Shown here one piece after another: positions 1 to 9,943 of a stretch of 64,000 bases of DNA. Under the pieces are notes generated by a model that saw nothing but the letters and a program-made list of their open reading frames with translations, searched no databases and was not told the DNA's origin. Origin of the DNA: a candidate division FCPU426 bacterium (lineage in GTDB: Bacteria > Oederibacteriota > Muellerivitia > Muellerivitales > Muellerivitaceae); contig CAWKAR010000045.1 of assembly GCA_963847625.1 (NCBI GenBank), forward strand, positions 32,001 to 96,000. The letters run 5' to 3'. A program made the position numbers and the translations under genes. The first letter of the stretch is position 1. Each line of letters begins with the position of its first letter.

Positions 1-2
1 AC

Positions 3-1175
3 GTCAACGGTGCTTTCCTGACACCGGCCATCCTATGGCTTTCCCCGCTCACACTCCTGGGGCTGGAATGGTTATATGCCAAAGTGGGGAAGTTCCAAGC
101 GGCGATTCTGGGCCTCTTTTTACTGCTCGTTTTGGCGAGTACCTGCTTTTCCTACGCCAAGATGGATACTTCTCGGAACCTGGCGATGGACGATATCGGG
201 AGAGATATTCTCCGGCAAATGCCCAGGAAGTCCGTTTTATATAGCGAGGGCGACGCGGTGACATTCCCCCTGGCTTACTTGAAGCAGGTCCTGGGGTTTC
301 GCCCGGACTTGGACCTGTTCGACAGGACTGGGGGGCTTTTTCAGGACCTTTACCACCTCTTGGATTACCGGAACAGCCCCAGCGTCACCCCCGCCCAACT
401 GGTGAGCCGGGAAAGAAACTACGAAGAAAACCGCAAACCGTCGGATGTCTATTACACCGAATCCTCGGAATCCCCTGGACGGGCATTGACGATGACCGGT
501 TTGCTTTTCGAGGTCATGGAGGGTGGCCAGGGGTTGGAGCCGGTCGATTTATGGAGCGGTTTCCGCCCACCCCGGATTGAAACTCACCATGATTATTTCT
601 CAAGGGAAACGGGGGCCCGTTTTTACCTATTCAAGGCTTCCTGGGACTTGGATGAAGCCAAGAACACATCACAGTACCGGAAAGATATGGACCGGGTCGT
701 GGAACTGGCCTATGACAACTACCGGCTCCTTGTGAACGAGGGACTGGTGGAAAGCGCCCACGGCTGGACGGACCAGGCGGTCCTGGATTACGAAAAGGCC
801 GCTGAAATTGCGCCTGGCGCCGCCTTGGCCTGGGTAAACCTTGGCATCGTGGCCCACAAACAAGGCCGTATCGCGGAAGCGGTGAGATACTACCGAAAAG
901 CTGTGGGGGTGGAGCCGGATAATTCGAATTACCACAGCCATTTGGGGTTTGAGTATTACCAAAACCGGCAAGTCCCGGAGGCCATCCGGGAATGGGAAGC
1001 CGCCCGAAAGATCGATCCCTCCAACCCAGAGTCCTACCACAATTTGGGATTGGTTTATATGCAGACCAATCCTGATTACGCGGCTCAGATGCTTGGGCGA
1101 TTCCTGGCATTGTCACCCGGGGCGGCGGACCGGTCTGCCATCGAGAAATGGCTCGCGAAACGGCCAAACCAATAG
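3..1175 (+). CDS. 5'-truncated DUF2723/TMEM260-like membrane glycosyltransferase-like protein with C-terminal TPR repeats
   Basis: Frame open from window start. Motif GRDILRQMP..SVLYSEGDAVTFPLAYLKQVLGFRPDL is typical of DUF2723 proteins; several TPR motifs follow (AWVNLG...A..YYRKA...P). Confidence 0.7.
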   Translation, partial: VNGAFLTPAILWLSPLTLLGLEWLYAKVGKFQAAILGLFLLLVLASTCFSYAKMDTSRNLAMDDIGRDILRQMPRKSVLYSEGDAVTFPLAYLKQVLGFRPDLDLFDRTGGLFQDLYHLLDYRNSPSVTPAQLVSRERNYEENRKPSDVYYTESSESPGRALTMTGLLFEVMEGGQGLEPVDLWSGFRPPRIETHHDYFSRETGARFYLFKASWDLDEAKNTSQYRKDMDRVVELAYDNYRLLVNEGLVESAHGWTDQAVLDYEKAAEIAPGAALAWVNLGIVAHKQGRIAEAVRYYRKAVGVEPDNSNYHSHLGFEYYQNRQVPEAIREWEAARKIDPSNPESYHNLGLVYMQTNPDYAAQMLGRFLALSPGAADRSAIEKWLAKRPNQ

Positions 1176-1333
1176 CCTTGTCTTTAAGACGAACAGCTAT
1201 CTTGAAAATGGAAAAACACACTTAAGCGCCTTTAGTTTCATCCATCGACCATCCGTTGTTGATATTCGCCATTAACCGCTTTAATCCTTGATCTATGTTA
1301 AAATAACCGCCTATTTCACCTTAAAGGAACGCC

Positions 1334-2272
1334 ATGGCCCGCATCGCCGCCGTATTTCCTAACGAAGGATCGCAATACGTGGGCATGGGCAAGGATTTTT
1401 ACGCAAAATCCCTGACCGTGCGGAAGTACTACGACGACACCGAGAAACTCCTGAACTCCAAGATCGCCAAAGTCTGCTTTTTAGGCCCCAAGGAGGAACA
1501 GGACAGGTTTCTGAACGCCCATTTGGCCACCTTCGTGAACGACGTTGCTTTTTTCGAGCCAATTGTTCAGAACCGGAGGAAACCGGAACTTATAACAGGG
1601 GTTGGAGTGGGGGAGGTGGCGGCCCTGGTCGCGGGCGAATGCCTTCCTTTCATCAATGCCCTCCAGTTCGTGGTCAAACGGATACCACTTTTAGAAGCGT
1701 TCGCCAAAAAACACGGTGGCGCCTCCATTTCCCTGATGGGCATCACCCAGGAACAGCTCCAACCCCTTTTGGCCCGGGAGGAAGGGGAAGTGAGGGTGAC
1801 TCATTTCCTGGCCCCGGACACCTTCATCGTTTGGGGGCCGAAGGAGGCTGTGGGTTCACTCCAGTCAGAATTGCAGGGGGTTAAAGGCCTCAAGACCAAT
1901 CCCCAGCCCCCTAGGGGTCCCCTGTTCACCCCCTTCGCGGCTGAACTGGAAACGGAGTTGGGAAAGCTGCTGGACGAGTGCCTGGGCGATGTGAAACTGA
2001 AGAATCCCAAGATCGCGTTCCATACTTGTTCCGATGGGGAGAGAATCGGAACTCTGGAAAACGTGCGGGATGTTCTGGTGAAACAATATTCCAAGCCGGT
2101 CCAATGGATCCAAACGGTCAAGGCCATTATCTTCCAGGGCTTTCGGAGCTGGGTGGAAGTGGGCCCGGGCCGGACCTACGTCTCCATGGTGAAGAAGATT
2201 GACGTGGATACCCGTATCACCAATGTGGAGGACATGAAGACCCTATCCCTGATGGTGAGGGTAACGGGATAA
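1334..2272 (+). CDS. FabD (ACP S-malonyltransferase)-like protein with degenerate active site
   Basis: VFPNEGSQYVGMG, PVQW..TVK and VEVGPG motifs give the FabD fold; GHSxG appears as GVGVG. Confidence 0.75.
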   Translation: MARIAAVFPNEGSQYVGMGKDFYAKSLTVRKYYDDTEKLLNSKIAKVCFLGPKEEQDRFLNAHLATFVNDVAFFEPIVQNRRKPELITGVGVGEVAALVAGECLPFINALQFVVKRIPLLEAFAKKHGGASISLMGITQEQLQPLLAREEGEVRVTHFLAPDTFIVWGPKEAVGSLQSELQGVKGLKTNPQPPRGPLFTPFAAELETELGKLLDECLGDVKLKNPKIAFHTCSDGERIGTLENVRDVLVKQYSKPVQWIQTVKAIIFQGFRSWVEVGPGRTYVSMVKKIDVDTRITNVEDMKTLSLMVRVTG

Positions 2273-2826
2273 TGAAACTCAAATTTCCTGTTTGCCTTCT
2301 CATCCTCTTTTTTAACCTTGCCGCCGTAGGATACGGGACGGACGTTTCGAACGAGACACCGGCCTCCGCGCCGGATTCTGGAAACTCGTCCCCATCGTCC
2401 AAAGCCGATACCGCGGGCAAGTCGGATACTGGGAACAAGATGGGCGCCCAACTCAACCTGCCTGCGGCTAACACCAGTCCGACTGATACTCCGACCCCGG
2501 TCATCCACCGGACCCCTGTGGTCACCAAACCCGGCATCAGCGTCATCCCCAACCCGGCCCGGGGGAAGAAATTGTCTTTCCGGATCATGGCCCCCTCCCC
2601 CAGCAAGGTCTTTATCCGCGTTTACAACCGCAACTTCGACCCGGTGACCGTCATGGAGCAGGAAGGGGAACAACTTTTCGACGTCATGTGGAACCTCCAG
2701 AAGGTGCCGGAAGGGCTTTACTATTACCAGGCCCAGTTGGAGGCGAAAGACGGGGGAAAACTCACCAAATTTCCGATGAAAAAATTCGCGGTGATCAAGG
2801 ATGAAGTCCCGGCGGTCAAACCATGA
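2272..2826 (+). CDS. Small secreted protein consisting mainly of a T9SS-like C-terminal domain
   Basis: Signal peptide, Ser/Thr/Pro linker, then PNP...VYN...W...PEGLYYY...KFAVIK. Translationally coupled on both sides (TAATG, ATGA). Confidence 0.65.
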   Translation: MKLKFPVCLLILFFNLAAVGYGTDVSNETPASAPDSGNSSPSSKADTAGKSDTGNKMGAQLNLPAANTSPTDTPTPVIHRTPVVTKPGISVIPNPARGKKLSFRIMAPSPSKVFIRVYNRNFDPVTVMEQEGEQLFDVMWNLQKVPEGLYYYQAQLEAKDGGKLTKFPMKKFAVIKDEVPAVKP

Positions 2827-4247
2827 CCCTTCCTGAAGTCCTGATCGTCGGTCGGCCCAACGTTGGAAAATCCACTCTTTTCAACCGCCTCATCGGGAAA
2901 TCCATCGCCCTGGTGGACGGACAACCCGGCTCCACCCGGGACTTGAAAAGCCTGGAAGCCGAGTGGAACGGCACGGACTTTCTTTTGACCGATTCGGGAG
3001 GATGGGTCCCCGGCGAGAAGGAAACCATCGCGGCGAAAGTGGGCGCCCTCCTGGAACGGAAGATCCGGCATGCCTCGGCCCTTTTGCTCGTCGTGGACGG
3101 TTCGGAAGGCGTGACGCACCCGGATGAGATCATCGTCCGTCACCTGTGGGAGCGGGGCCTGCCGATGTGGCTGCTGGTCAATAAGGCAGATTGCTTCGAA
3201 AAGTGGGATGAGACCCTCTCGGATTTTCAACGATTAGGGTTCGAAAGGTGTTTCCCCATCTCCGCCGTGCACGGACTGGGAATCGACGACTTCCTCGACA
3301 GCCTGGTGGAGTTCTTGAAGGGGGAAGCCCGGTCCGTGCCGGAGGCGGTGACGGAAAAGCGGCCCATGCGACTCGCCGTCCTGGGCAAGCCCAATGTCGG
3401 GAAATCCTCCCTTGTCAACGCCCTCCTGGGCAAGAATAAACTGCTCGTGGACGACCTGCCGGGTACGACCCATGACGCGATACCCCTCATCCTGGAAATA
3501 GGAAACGACCCATTGGTTCTGGTAGATACCGCGGGAATCCGGGCCCCCCAAAAACAGGACAGCCGCATCGAGGAACTCAGCGTCCAACAGACGCTGTACG
3601 AGCTCCAAACCTGCCAGGTTGCGTTATTCCTTTTGGACGGGGAAAAAGGCATCACCCACCAGGATGTCTCGATCGGCCGGATCCTCCAAGAGGCTTTCCG
3701 CCCGGTGGTGATCCTCGTCAACAAGTGGGACATCCACCCCAAGGGCGCGGAGCAGGCCCGGGCCGAGAGAATCATCCGGAAGGAACTCAGGACGATCCAT
3801 TTCGCGCCGATCCTGTTTGTGTCGGCGAAAACCGGCCAGGGATTGGAGAAGATCCTGCCCCTGGCGGCCGCAGCATTCGAGGAAAGCCTCCGGAAAGCGC
3901 CGACGGCCCAGGTTAACCGGGTCTTCCAGGAAGCCGTTTCCCGGCAACAGCCCCCCTTCAAGAAAGGGAACCAGGTACGGTTCTTTTACGGATACCAGCG
4001 GCAGGGTCATCCCCCGGCGTTCGAGGTTTTCGTCAGCCACCCCGAATGTATTACTCCCTCGTATTTACGCTACCTGGAGGAAGAACTACGGAAATCAGTG
4101 GGAATGGAGTCCACCCCTCTCCAGATCGTGCTGAAAGAAAAAACCGACAAACACGGGTTCAAGAAACCCACCTTCAAGCGTAACTTCGATCCAAACGTTT
4201 CCAGCAGGAAAAAGAGACTTGCGGGAGAAAGAAAGGATAAGCAGTGA
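2823..4247 (+). CDS. der: Ribosome biogenesis GTPase Der (EngA)
   Basis: Two G domains (GRPNVGKS/NKAD and GKPNVGKS/DTAG/NKWD) plus KH-like C-terminus; der-plsY-gpsA synteny. Confidence 0.95.
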   Translation: MTLPEVLIVGRPNVGKSTLFNRLIGKSIALVDGQPGSTRDLKSLEAEWNGTDFLLTDSGGWVPGEKETIAAKVGALLERKIRHASALLLVVDGSEGVTHPDEIIVRHLWERGLPMWLLVNKADCFEKWDETLSDFQRLGFERCFPISAVHGLGIDDFLDSLVEFLKGEARSVPEAVTEKRPMRLAVLGKPNVGKSSLVNALLGKNKLLVDDLPGTTHDAIPLILEIGNDPLVLVDTAGIRAPQKQDSRIEELSVQQTLYELQTCQVALFLLDGEKGITHQDVSIGRILQEAFRPVVILVNKWDIHPKGAEQARAERIIRKELRTIHFAPILFVSAKTGQGLEKILPLAAAAFEESLRKAPTAQVNRVFQEAVSRQQPPFKKGNQVRFFYGYQRQGHPPAFEVFVSHPECITPSYLRYLEEELRKSVGMESTPLQIVLKEKTDKHGFKKPTFKRNFDPNVSSRKKRLAGERKDKQ

Positions 4248-4840
4248 CGGCTTTTCTGACATTTTTAGGATCCTACCTTCTGGGTTCTGTGCCATTCGGA
4301 TTTCTAGTGGTGAAGCTCACCATGGGTGTGGATATTCGGACCCAGGGAAGCGGGAATATCGGCATGACCAACGTTTGGAGGGTGGCCGGAGCGCCATGGG
4401 GTGTCTTGACCCTGGTTCTGGACGCGGGCAAGGGGGTCCTGGCCGTCTGGCTGGGACAGCATTTCATATTGGGCGGCGAATGGGGCGAGGTGCTTTGCGG
4501 TCTTTTAGCGCTCGTCGGGAACGTTTTCAGCGTTTTTATGAAATTTAAGGGGGGAAAGGGCGTCGGTGTGAGCGCTGGCGTTTTTTTTAGTCTACTCCCC
4601 ATGGAAAGCGCCGCTGGCGCGGTTGTTTTCGCTCTGGCGCTTCTTTTGTGGAGGATGATCTCGGTTGGAAGTTTGTTGGGTTTCACTACCATGACCCTGT
4701 TGACCTTTTATTTTCAAAGAGGACTGACCTGGCTTTCCGGATTGGCGTTGGCCGCCGCCGTGGTCGTTTGGTGGTCCCACCGCCAAAATATCCGCCGTCT
4801 CTTGAAGGGAACCGAGAGTAAAATAAGTCGAAAACGCTAG
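4244..4840 (+). CDS. plsY: Glycerol-3-phosphate acyltransferase PlsY
   Basis: YLLGSVPFG, GSGNIGMTNVWR, FKGGKGV and HRQNIRRL motifs. Confidence 0.95.
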   Translation: MTAFLTFLGSYLLGSVPFGFLVVKLTMGVDIRTQGSGNIGMTNVWRVAGAPWGVLTLVLDAGKGVLAVWLGQHFILGGEWGEVLCGLLALVGNVFSVFMKFKGGKGVGVSAGVFFSLLPMESAAGAVVFALALLLWRMISVGSLLGFTTMTLLTFYFQRGLTWLSGLALAAAVVVWWSHRQNIRRLLKGTESKISRKR

Positions 4841-4856
4841 GAGAGAACGAACCACC

Positions 4857-5852
4857 ATGAGAATAGGCATCCTGGGAAGCGGAAGCTGGGGAACGGCGTT
4901 ATCTTCACTTCTCCATAAAGCAGGCCATGATCTAAGTCTGTGGGCTTTTGATCAAAAGGAATTTAAGATCTTGAGCGAGAAAAGGGAAAATCCTCTCCTC
5001 CCAGGGATCGTCTTAAGCTCAAAGGTTTTAATCACGGATGACATCAAGAAGGCTTTGGCGGGCCGGGAGGGAATCGTCGTGGCTGTGCCTTCGCACGCTA
5101 TCCGCTCCACGGCTGGATTGGCCGCTTCCGCCTGGCCTCCTTCCACCTGGGCCGTCTGCGTGAGCAAGGGTTTGGAAATGGATAGCCGGTTGCGGCTAAG
5201 TCAGGTCCTCCAGCAAACCCTTCCCCCAGGGACGCCCATCGGCGTGTTATCCGGGCCGAGCCACGCCGAGGAGGTTTCCGTGGAAATGCCGACCACCGTC
5301 GTGGCCGCTTCCGAAGATTCGAATATGGCCGAGAAGATTCAAAAGGTCTTCCATACGGAGTATTTTCGTGTATATACCTCTCAGGATGTCCTGGGAGTGG
5401 AGTTGGGGGGGTCCCTGAAAAATATTATAGCCATCGCCGCTGGTATCTTGGATGGGATGGGATTGGGCGACAACACCAAGGCGGCCCTGATGACAAGGGG
5501 CCTCTACGAAATCACCAAGATGGGAGTGGCCATGGGAGCCAAGCCGGAGACTTTTTCAGGGCTGGCCGGAATGGGTGATTTGGTGGTCACCTGCATCAGC
5601 CATCACAGCCGCAATCGCTTATTAGGCGAGAAAATAGGGAAAGGCATACCACCGGCCCAGGCTATGAAGGAAATGACGATGGTGGCGGAGGGCGTGAAGA
5701 CCTCCAAAGCCGCCTTGGCCATGGCCCGGGACCTGGGTGTGGAGGTCCCCATCACCCAGGAGGTCTACCAAGTTCTTTTCGAAAATAAACCGGTTCGGGA
5801 GGCCATTTCCAGCCTTCTGTCGAGATCGGCCAAGCCCGAGAATATGATTTAA
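4857..5852 (+). CDS. gpsA: NAD(P)H-dependent glycerol-3-phosphate dehydrogenase
   Basis: GSGSWGTAL, LSGPSHAEEV, LKNIIAIAAG, GLAGMGDLVVTC and SRNR motifs. Confidence 0.95.
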   Translation: MRIGILGSGSWGTALSSLLHKAGHDLSLWAFDQKEFKILSEKRENPLLPGIVLSSKVLITDDIKKALAGREGIVVAVPSHAIRSTAGLAASAWPPSTWAVCVSKGLEMDSRLRLSQVLQQTLPPGTPIGVLSGPSHAEEVSVEMPTTVVAASEDSNMAEKIQKVFHTEYFRVYTSQDVLGVELGGSLKNIIAIAAGILDGMGLGDNTKAALMTRGLYEITKMGVAMGAKPETFSGLAGMGDLVVTCISHHSRNRLLGEKIGKGIPPAQAMKEMTMVAEGVKTSKAALAMARDLGVEVPITQEVYQVLFENKPVREAISSLLSRSAKPENMI

Positions 5853-5860
5853 GGAATCGC

Positions 5861-6151
5861 ATGAAACGGAAAGATATTCTGAACCAATTGACCCGGCTGG
5901 GTTTGACAAAGAACCAGGCCCAAATGGCCGTGGACGGTTTTTTTAATTCGATTACGGACGCCTTGCGGGCAGGAAAAAAAGTTTCTATAGTGGGATTGGG
6001 AAGCTGGGAATGGAAAAGCCGGCCCGCGCGTCAGGCCCGGAATCCTAGGACCGGCAAGGTGGTCCAACTCCTGGCCCGCAAAACCTTGGTTTTCAAACCT
6101 AGCCAATTGATTAAAGACAAATTGAACGCTGATCACAAAATGAGCAAATAA
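5861..6151 (+). CDS. HU/IHF family DNA-binding protein
   Basis: GLGSW...RQARNPRTG...FKPS motif; sits before merR-tRNA-Pro as ihfA commonly does. Confidence 0.9.
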   Translation: MKRKDILNQLTRLGLTKNQAQMAVDGFFNSITDALRAGKKVSIVGLGSWEWKSRPARQARNPRTGKVVQLLARKTLVFKPSQLIKDKLNADHKMSK

Positions 6152-6167
6152 ATCCTGAGGACCTGGA

Positions 6168-6659
6168 ATGGAAGAAAAGCTTTTTTACACCATCGGAGAG
6201 GCTTCCAAGTATGTCGATGTCAAGCCTTACGTCCTGCGGTATTGGGAAACTGAATTCCGGAAGCTGAACCCCCAGAAGTCCGTCACCGGGCAGCGGACCT
6301 ACCGGAAAAAGGACATTCAAATGGCTTTAACCATCCGGCGGCTGCTTTACGAGGAGAAATACACCATCGCAGGAGCCATCCAAAAATTGGAAGAACTCGA
6401 GAAAGAGGGATTGGATCCATTCGTTCCTACCGCCGAGGAAAACGCCTCTGAGATTGAAAATGTTCCCGCGCGGAATGCGGAAACGGTGGAAGAAAAAACG
6501 AACGTGGAAAAAAGAACCGAGGAGTCGGGAAATGCGGATGGACCCGTGGGAAAAGAACTAAAATCCAAATCTCCGTCCTATTCTCCTGAGAAAGTAAAGG
6601 AACTTTTCAAACTTATCACCGAGTCGAAAAACATCCTCGGGAAATATCCCTTAGCTTGA
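6168..6659 (+). CDS. MerR-family transcriptional regulator
   Basis: YTIGEAS...VLRYWETEF...GQRTY...[12 protein letters not shown], the ihfA-linked MerR type. Confidence 0.9.
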   Translation: MEEKLFYTIGEASKYVDVKPYVLRYWETEFRKLNPQKSVTGQRTYRKKDIQMALTIRRLLYEEKYTIAGAIQKLEELEKEGLDPFVPTAEENASEIENVPARNAETVEEKTNVEKRTEESGNADGPVGKELKSKSPSYSPEKVKELFKLITESKNILGKYPLA

Positions 6660-6821
6660 GATTTCAATCAGTTGGCACCCTTTTTCTTGAAGATGGTTAT
6701 TTTTTGGCCTATAGTATGCAGTCAATCAAGGGAAGGTCACTATTTCCCCTTTTTGGGCTGGAAATCCGACGTAGTTGGGTTAGGGACCAAGAAGATGTTA
6801 TCGTCCCGGGGTATCTTTGGG

Positions 6822-6898
<77 letters not shown>

Positions 6899-6946
6899 GG
6901 ATATCGAGTCCGGTAAAAAACCTATAAAACGCTATTGGTCGGTTAT

Positions 6947-7023
6947 CGGGGCGTGGCGCAGCTCGGTAGCGCAGTTGCATGGGGTGCAAAAGGTCGCAGG
7001 TTCAAATCCTGCCGCCCCGACCA
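6947..7023 (+). tRNA. tRNA-Pro(GGG)
   Basis: Acceptor CGGGGCG/CGCCCCG, anticodon loop AT GGG GT, T-arm GCAGG-TTCAAAT-CCTGC and CCA. Confidence 0.93.
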
Positions 7024-7196
7024 TTGTTGTTGGATAAGTTGTTATTGTTTCGTCAGTGTTTTCCTGCCTGAAGTTTTTCCAACCCTTTTAAAACCCCTTT
7101 TTCTTGTTATTTTTCATCGATGAGTCAAAAATAGGCCAGTTTCGTTCAAAAAACTGACAATATAACCCTTATTTTTTCATTGGAAGGAGTTCCACG

Positions 7197-7472
7197 ATGC
7201 CGATGGGTCTTTCAGCAGTTGTCCATGGCCAGGTTCAGGGGGTTGGATTCCGATATTTCGCTAAAACAAGGGCAGATAACCTCGGGTTGAACGGTTGGGT
7301 TTGTAATTTAGGCGATGGTACGGTTGAAATCATGGCAGTCGGAAATCCTTCGGATTTGGAACGGTTTTTGCAGGAAGTAAACAGAGGGCCTCTAGGGAGT
7401 TGGGTCGAGAAAGTGGATTTTCAATGGATTGAGGAACCCTCGTCTTATACAGGTTTTAACATTAAGGGTTGA
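7197..7472 (+). CDS. acyP: Acylphosphatase
   Basis: GQVQGVGFR and GWVCNLGDGTVE signature motifs. Confidence 0.92.
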   Translation: MPMGLSAVVHGQVQGVGFRYFAKTRADNLGLNGWVCNLGDGTVEIMAVGNPSDLERFLQEVNRGPLGSWVEKVDFQWIEEPSSYTGFNIKG

Positions 7473-7474
7473 AA

Positions 7475-8446
7475 ATGGCCAAAAAAGCGGAATTAAAACA
7501 CAGACATAAAACCAAACCGCGAAAAATGAGAATATCCCCCCTGATTCCCATCGCTGAAAAATCAATAAAAAAATTAGCTCCAATTTCCAAGCAAGAAAGA
7601 GTCACCACTGACAGCCTTAAGCTTTATTTTCGAGAAATTTCCAGGGTTCCCCTGCTTACGGCAAAGGAGGAAGTAGACCTTTCCAAGCGGATTGAAAAGG
7701 GCGATTTGAAAGCCAAACAAAAGCTGATCGCGTCGAATCTGCGCCTTGTCATCAACGTGGCTAAAAGATACATGAACCAGGGCTTGGCTTTCCAAGACCT
7801 CATTGAGGAAGGAAACCTGGGTTTGATCAAGGCCAGCGAGAAATTTTCCTGGCGACGGGGATTTAAGTTCAGCACCTACGCGACTTGGTGGATCCGGCAA
7901 GCTATCACGCGGGCCCTTTCCAACCATTCTCGGACCGTCCGGGTCCCAGTCCACGTATCCGAGGATATTAACCGTTTCAGCCGCATCTCCAGGGATCTGA
8001 TCCGTAAGCTGGGAAGGGATCCCAGTTTGTTGGAGCTTTCCAAGGCCGCTCGGCTCAAATACGATAAGATCCATAAGTTGCAGACTATGGGTTTAAGGGA
8101 CATTTCACTTGAAGTCCAGGTGGGGGACGAATCCAATTCCCAATCCGTTGGAGATTTTATCGAGGACCGTTCCAACAACAGTCCAGCCCAAAACGTTTTC
8201 GACCAGCTTCGAAGCGAGAAACTGAAAAGGCTTATCCAAAACCTCAACGAGAAGGAGCAAAAGGTCATCCTGATGCGCTTCGGTTTCGACCGGGATCAAC
8301 CTAAAACTTTGGAACAAACTGGAAACATTTTAGGGGTGACGCGCGAACGCATCCGTCAAATCGAGGAAAAAGCCCTTAAAAAAATCCGAGTCCTAATGAA
8401 ATCCCAGAACCAAGAATATCGTGAACTTTTGGACGAATTTGTGTAA
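7475..8446 (+). CDS. Sigma-70 family factor, group 2 (RpoS-like)
   Basis: Regions 1.2 (DSLKLYFREI), 2 ([28 protein letters not shown]) and 4 (TRERIRQIE); no region 1.1. Alternative TTG start at 7469. Confidence 0.85.
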   Translation: MAKKAELKHRHKTKPRKMRISPLIPIAEKSIKKLAPISKQERVTTDSLKLYFREISRVPLLTAKEEVDLSKRIEKGDLKAKQKLIASNLRLVINVAKRYMNQGLAFQDLIEEGNLGLIKASEKFSWRRGFKFSTYATWWIRQAITRALSNHSRTVRVPVHVSEDINRFSRISRDLIRKLGRDPSLLELSKAARLKYDKIHKLQTMGLRDISLEVQVGDESNSQSVGDFIEDRSNNSPAQNVFDQLRSEKLKRLIQNLNEKEQKVILMRFGFDRDQPKTLEQTGNILGVTRERIRQIEEKALKKIRVLMKSQNQEYRELLDEFV

Positions 8447-8515
8447 TATTGGTCCCCGGCAAAGCCCTTCAGCCTCTGAATAAATTTTTAAAACAATACC
8501 CAAAAAAGGTGTGCC

Positions 8516-9028
8516 ATGGACCTGAAAAGTTTTATCCGGGACATCCCCGATTACCCAAAAAAAGGGGTTGTATTTAAGGATATCACCCCGTTGCTTCGGG
8601 ATCCGAAAGCCCTCCAATACGCCATCGACCGGATGGCCGAGCGGTACAAAGGCTCCAATATCAAATCCGTGGTTGCGATGGAATCCCGCGGTTTTATTTT
8701 CGGCGGGGCTTTGGCGGTCAAGTTGGGGGCCGGGTTCATCCCTGTCCGCAAACCTAAGAAGCTTCCCTGGAAGACCTTCCAAGAAACCTATGACCTGGAA
8801 TACGGGACGGATACCTTGGAAATCCATCAGGACGCGGTATCCCCGGGGGACAGGATTTTAGTTCTGGATGACGTTCTGGCCACCGGAGGAACCGCCGCGG
8901 CTGCCATCCGGCTGGTGGAAAGGGCTGGCGGCAAAGTCGTGGAAGCCTGCTTCCTCATCCATTTGGGTTTCCTGAACGGCCAGCAAAAATTGAAAAGCAT
9001 CCCCTTCTTTTCTATAATCCAATATTGA
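8516..9028 (+). CDS. apt: Adenine phosphoribosyltransferase
   Basis: PDYPKKGVVFKDITP, ESRGF, LEYGTD and DDVLATGGT motifs. Confidence 0.96.
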   Translation: MDLKSFIRDIPDYPKKGVVFKDITPLLRDPKALQYAIDRMAERYKGSNIKSVVAMESRGFIFGGALAVKLGAGFIPVRKPKKLPWKTFQETYDLEYGTDTLEIHQDAVSPGDRILVLDDVLATGGTAAAAIRLVERAGGKVVEACFLIHLGFLNGQQKLKSIPFFSIIQY

Positions 9029-9063
9029 TCCCGTTTTTCCTCCCTTAAGAGGTAGAGGCGGAG

Positions 9064-9140
9064 GCCCTCGTAGCTCAGTTGGATAGAGCGACCCTTTCCT
9101 AAAGGGTAGGTCACGCGTTCGATTCGCGTCGAGGGTACCA
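9064..9140 (+). tRNA. tRNA-Arg(CCT)
   Basis: Acceptor GCCCTCG/CGAGGGT, anticodon arm ACCCT-TT CCT AA-AGGGT, T-arm ACGCG-TTCGATT-CGCGT and CCA. Confidence 0.95.
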
Positions 9141-9146
9141 TCGGAT

Positions 9147-9179
9147 GAGGCCTTCCCAGAAGGGAAGGCTTCGCTTTTT
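9147..9179 (+). terminator. Intrinsic terminator after tRNA-Arg
   Basis: GAGGCCTTCCC-AGAA-GGGAAGGCTTC hairpin followed by GCTTTTT. Confidence 0.6.
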
Positions 9180-9205
9180 GCGCTATTCCATTTGAAAGGA
9201 AAATT

Positions 9206-9901
9206 ATGACAAGCCCTTTGCAGTCCCTTCCCGACCTGCCGTCGGAAAAATCCGGCCCTAAGTGGCTGGTTTGGGCCAAGGCTCATCAAGAAATCATCGC
9301 CGTCATCGGAATCTTGATCATCCTCATGTGTGTGGGGATCCCCTATTACCTCCACAGCGTTGAGCAAAGCGAAAAGGACGCGACCCAGGCTTTAAACCTC
9401 GGCCAGTACTATCTTCATTCCGCGGTGGATCCCAAGAACGGTCCATTCAAGACCAACCAGGAAAAAGACCAGCAGGCACTGCAAGCTTTTCAAAGGATCA
9501 CGACAGACTATTCCGGAACCCGCGCCGCCAAAATTGCCAGATTTTACGTGGCCAAATGCCAATTTTTTCTGGGCCAGTTCAATTTAGCCTATGCCAGCTT
9601 CGATTTTGCCGTCCAGGAGCTCAAGGATACTCCCTTGGGAGAGGAGTCTTATCTCGGCAAAGTCCTTTGCTTGGAATCCCAAAGCCAATGGACTCAGGCC
9701 ATCACTTTGCTGGAGACCCGCCTCAAGCTAAAACCGGATAGTTATCTCGTGCCGGAGATGCTGTTAAGGCTGGCCAATTGCTACCTCAAAACCCAAAACA
9801 AACTAAAAGCCATGGAGGTTCTCGGCAAAACCGCTGAAACCTACAAGAATTCCGATTGGGGGAAGGAAGCCGCAAGGCGATTGGAAGCCTTAAAATCCTG
9901 A
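9206..9901 (+). CDS. Membrane-anchored TPR protein (YfgM/BamD-like)
   Basis: N-terminal TM helix, then TPR-like helices (ARFYVAKC, LLRLANCY, Y..S.WGKEA). Confidence 0.7.
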   Translation: MTSPLQSLPDLPSEKSGPKWLVWAKAHQEIIAVIGILIILMCVGIPYYLHSVEQSEKDATQALNLGQYYLHSAVDPKNGPFKTNQEKDQQALQAFQRITTDYSGTRAAKIARFYVAKCQFFLGQFNLAYASFDFAVQELKDTPLGEESYLGKVLCLESQSQWTQAITLLETRLKLKPDSYLVPEMLLRLANCYLKTQNKLKAMEVLGKTAETYKNSDWGKEAARRLEALKS

Positions 9902-9943
9902 TAGCATTCCCGGGCGCGCGCTGAAAAAACCCTTCAAACATTT

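Noticed and set aside
6776..6792. TTGGGTTAGGGACCAAG resembling the tRNA-Pro anticodon arm (possible att remnant)
   Set aside because: Short imperfect match with no integrase or island boundary; probably chance.
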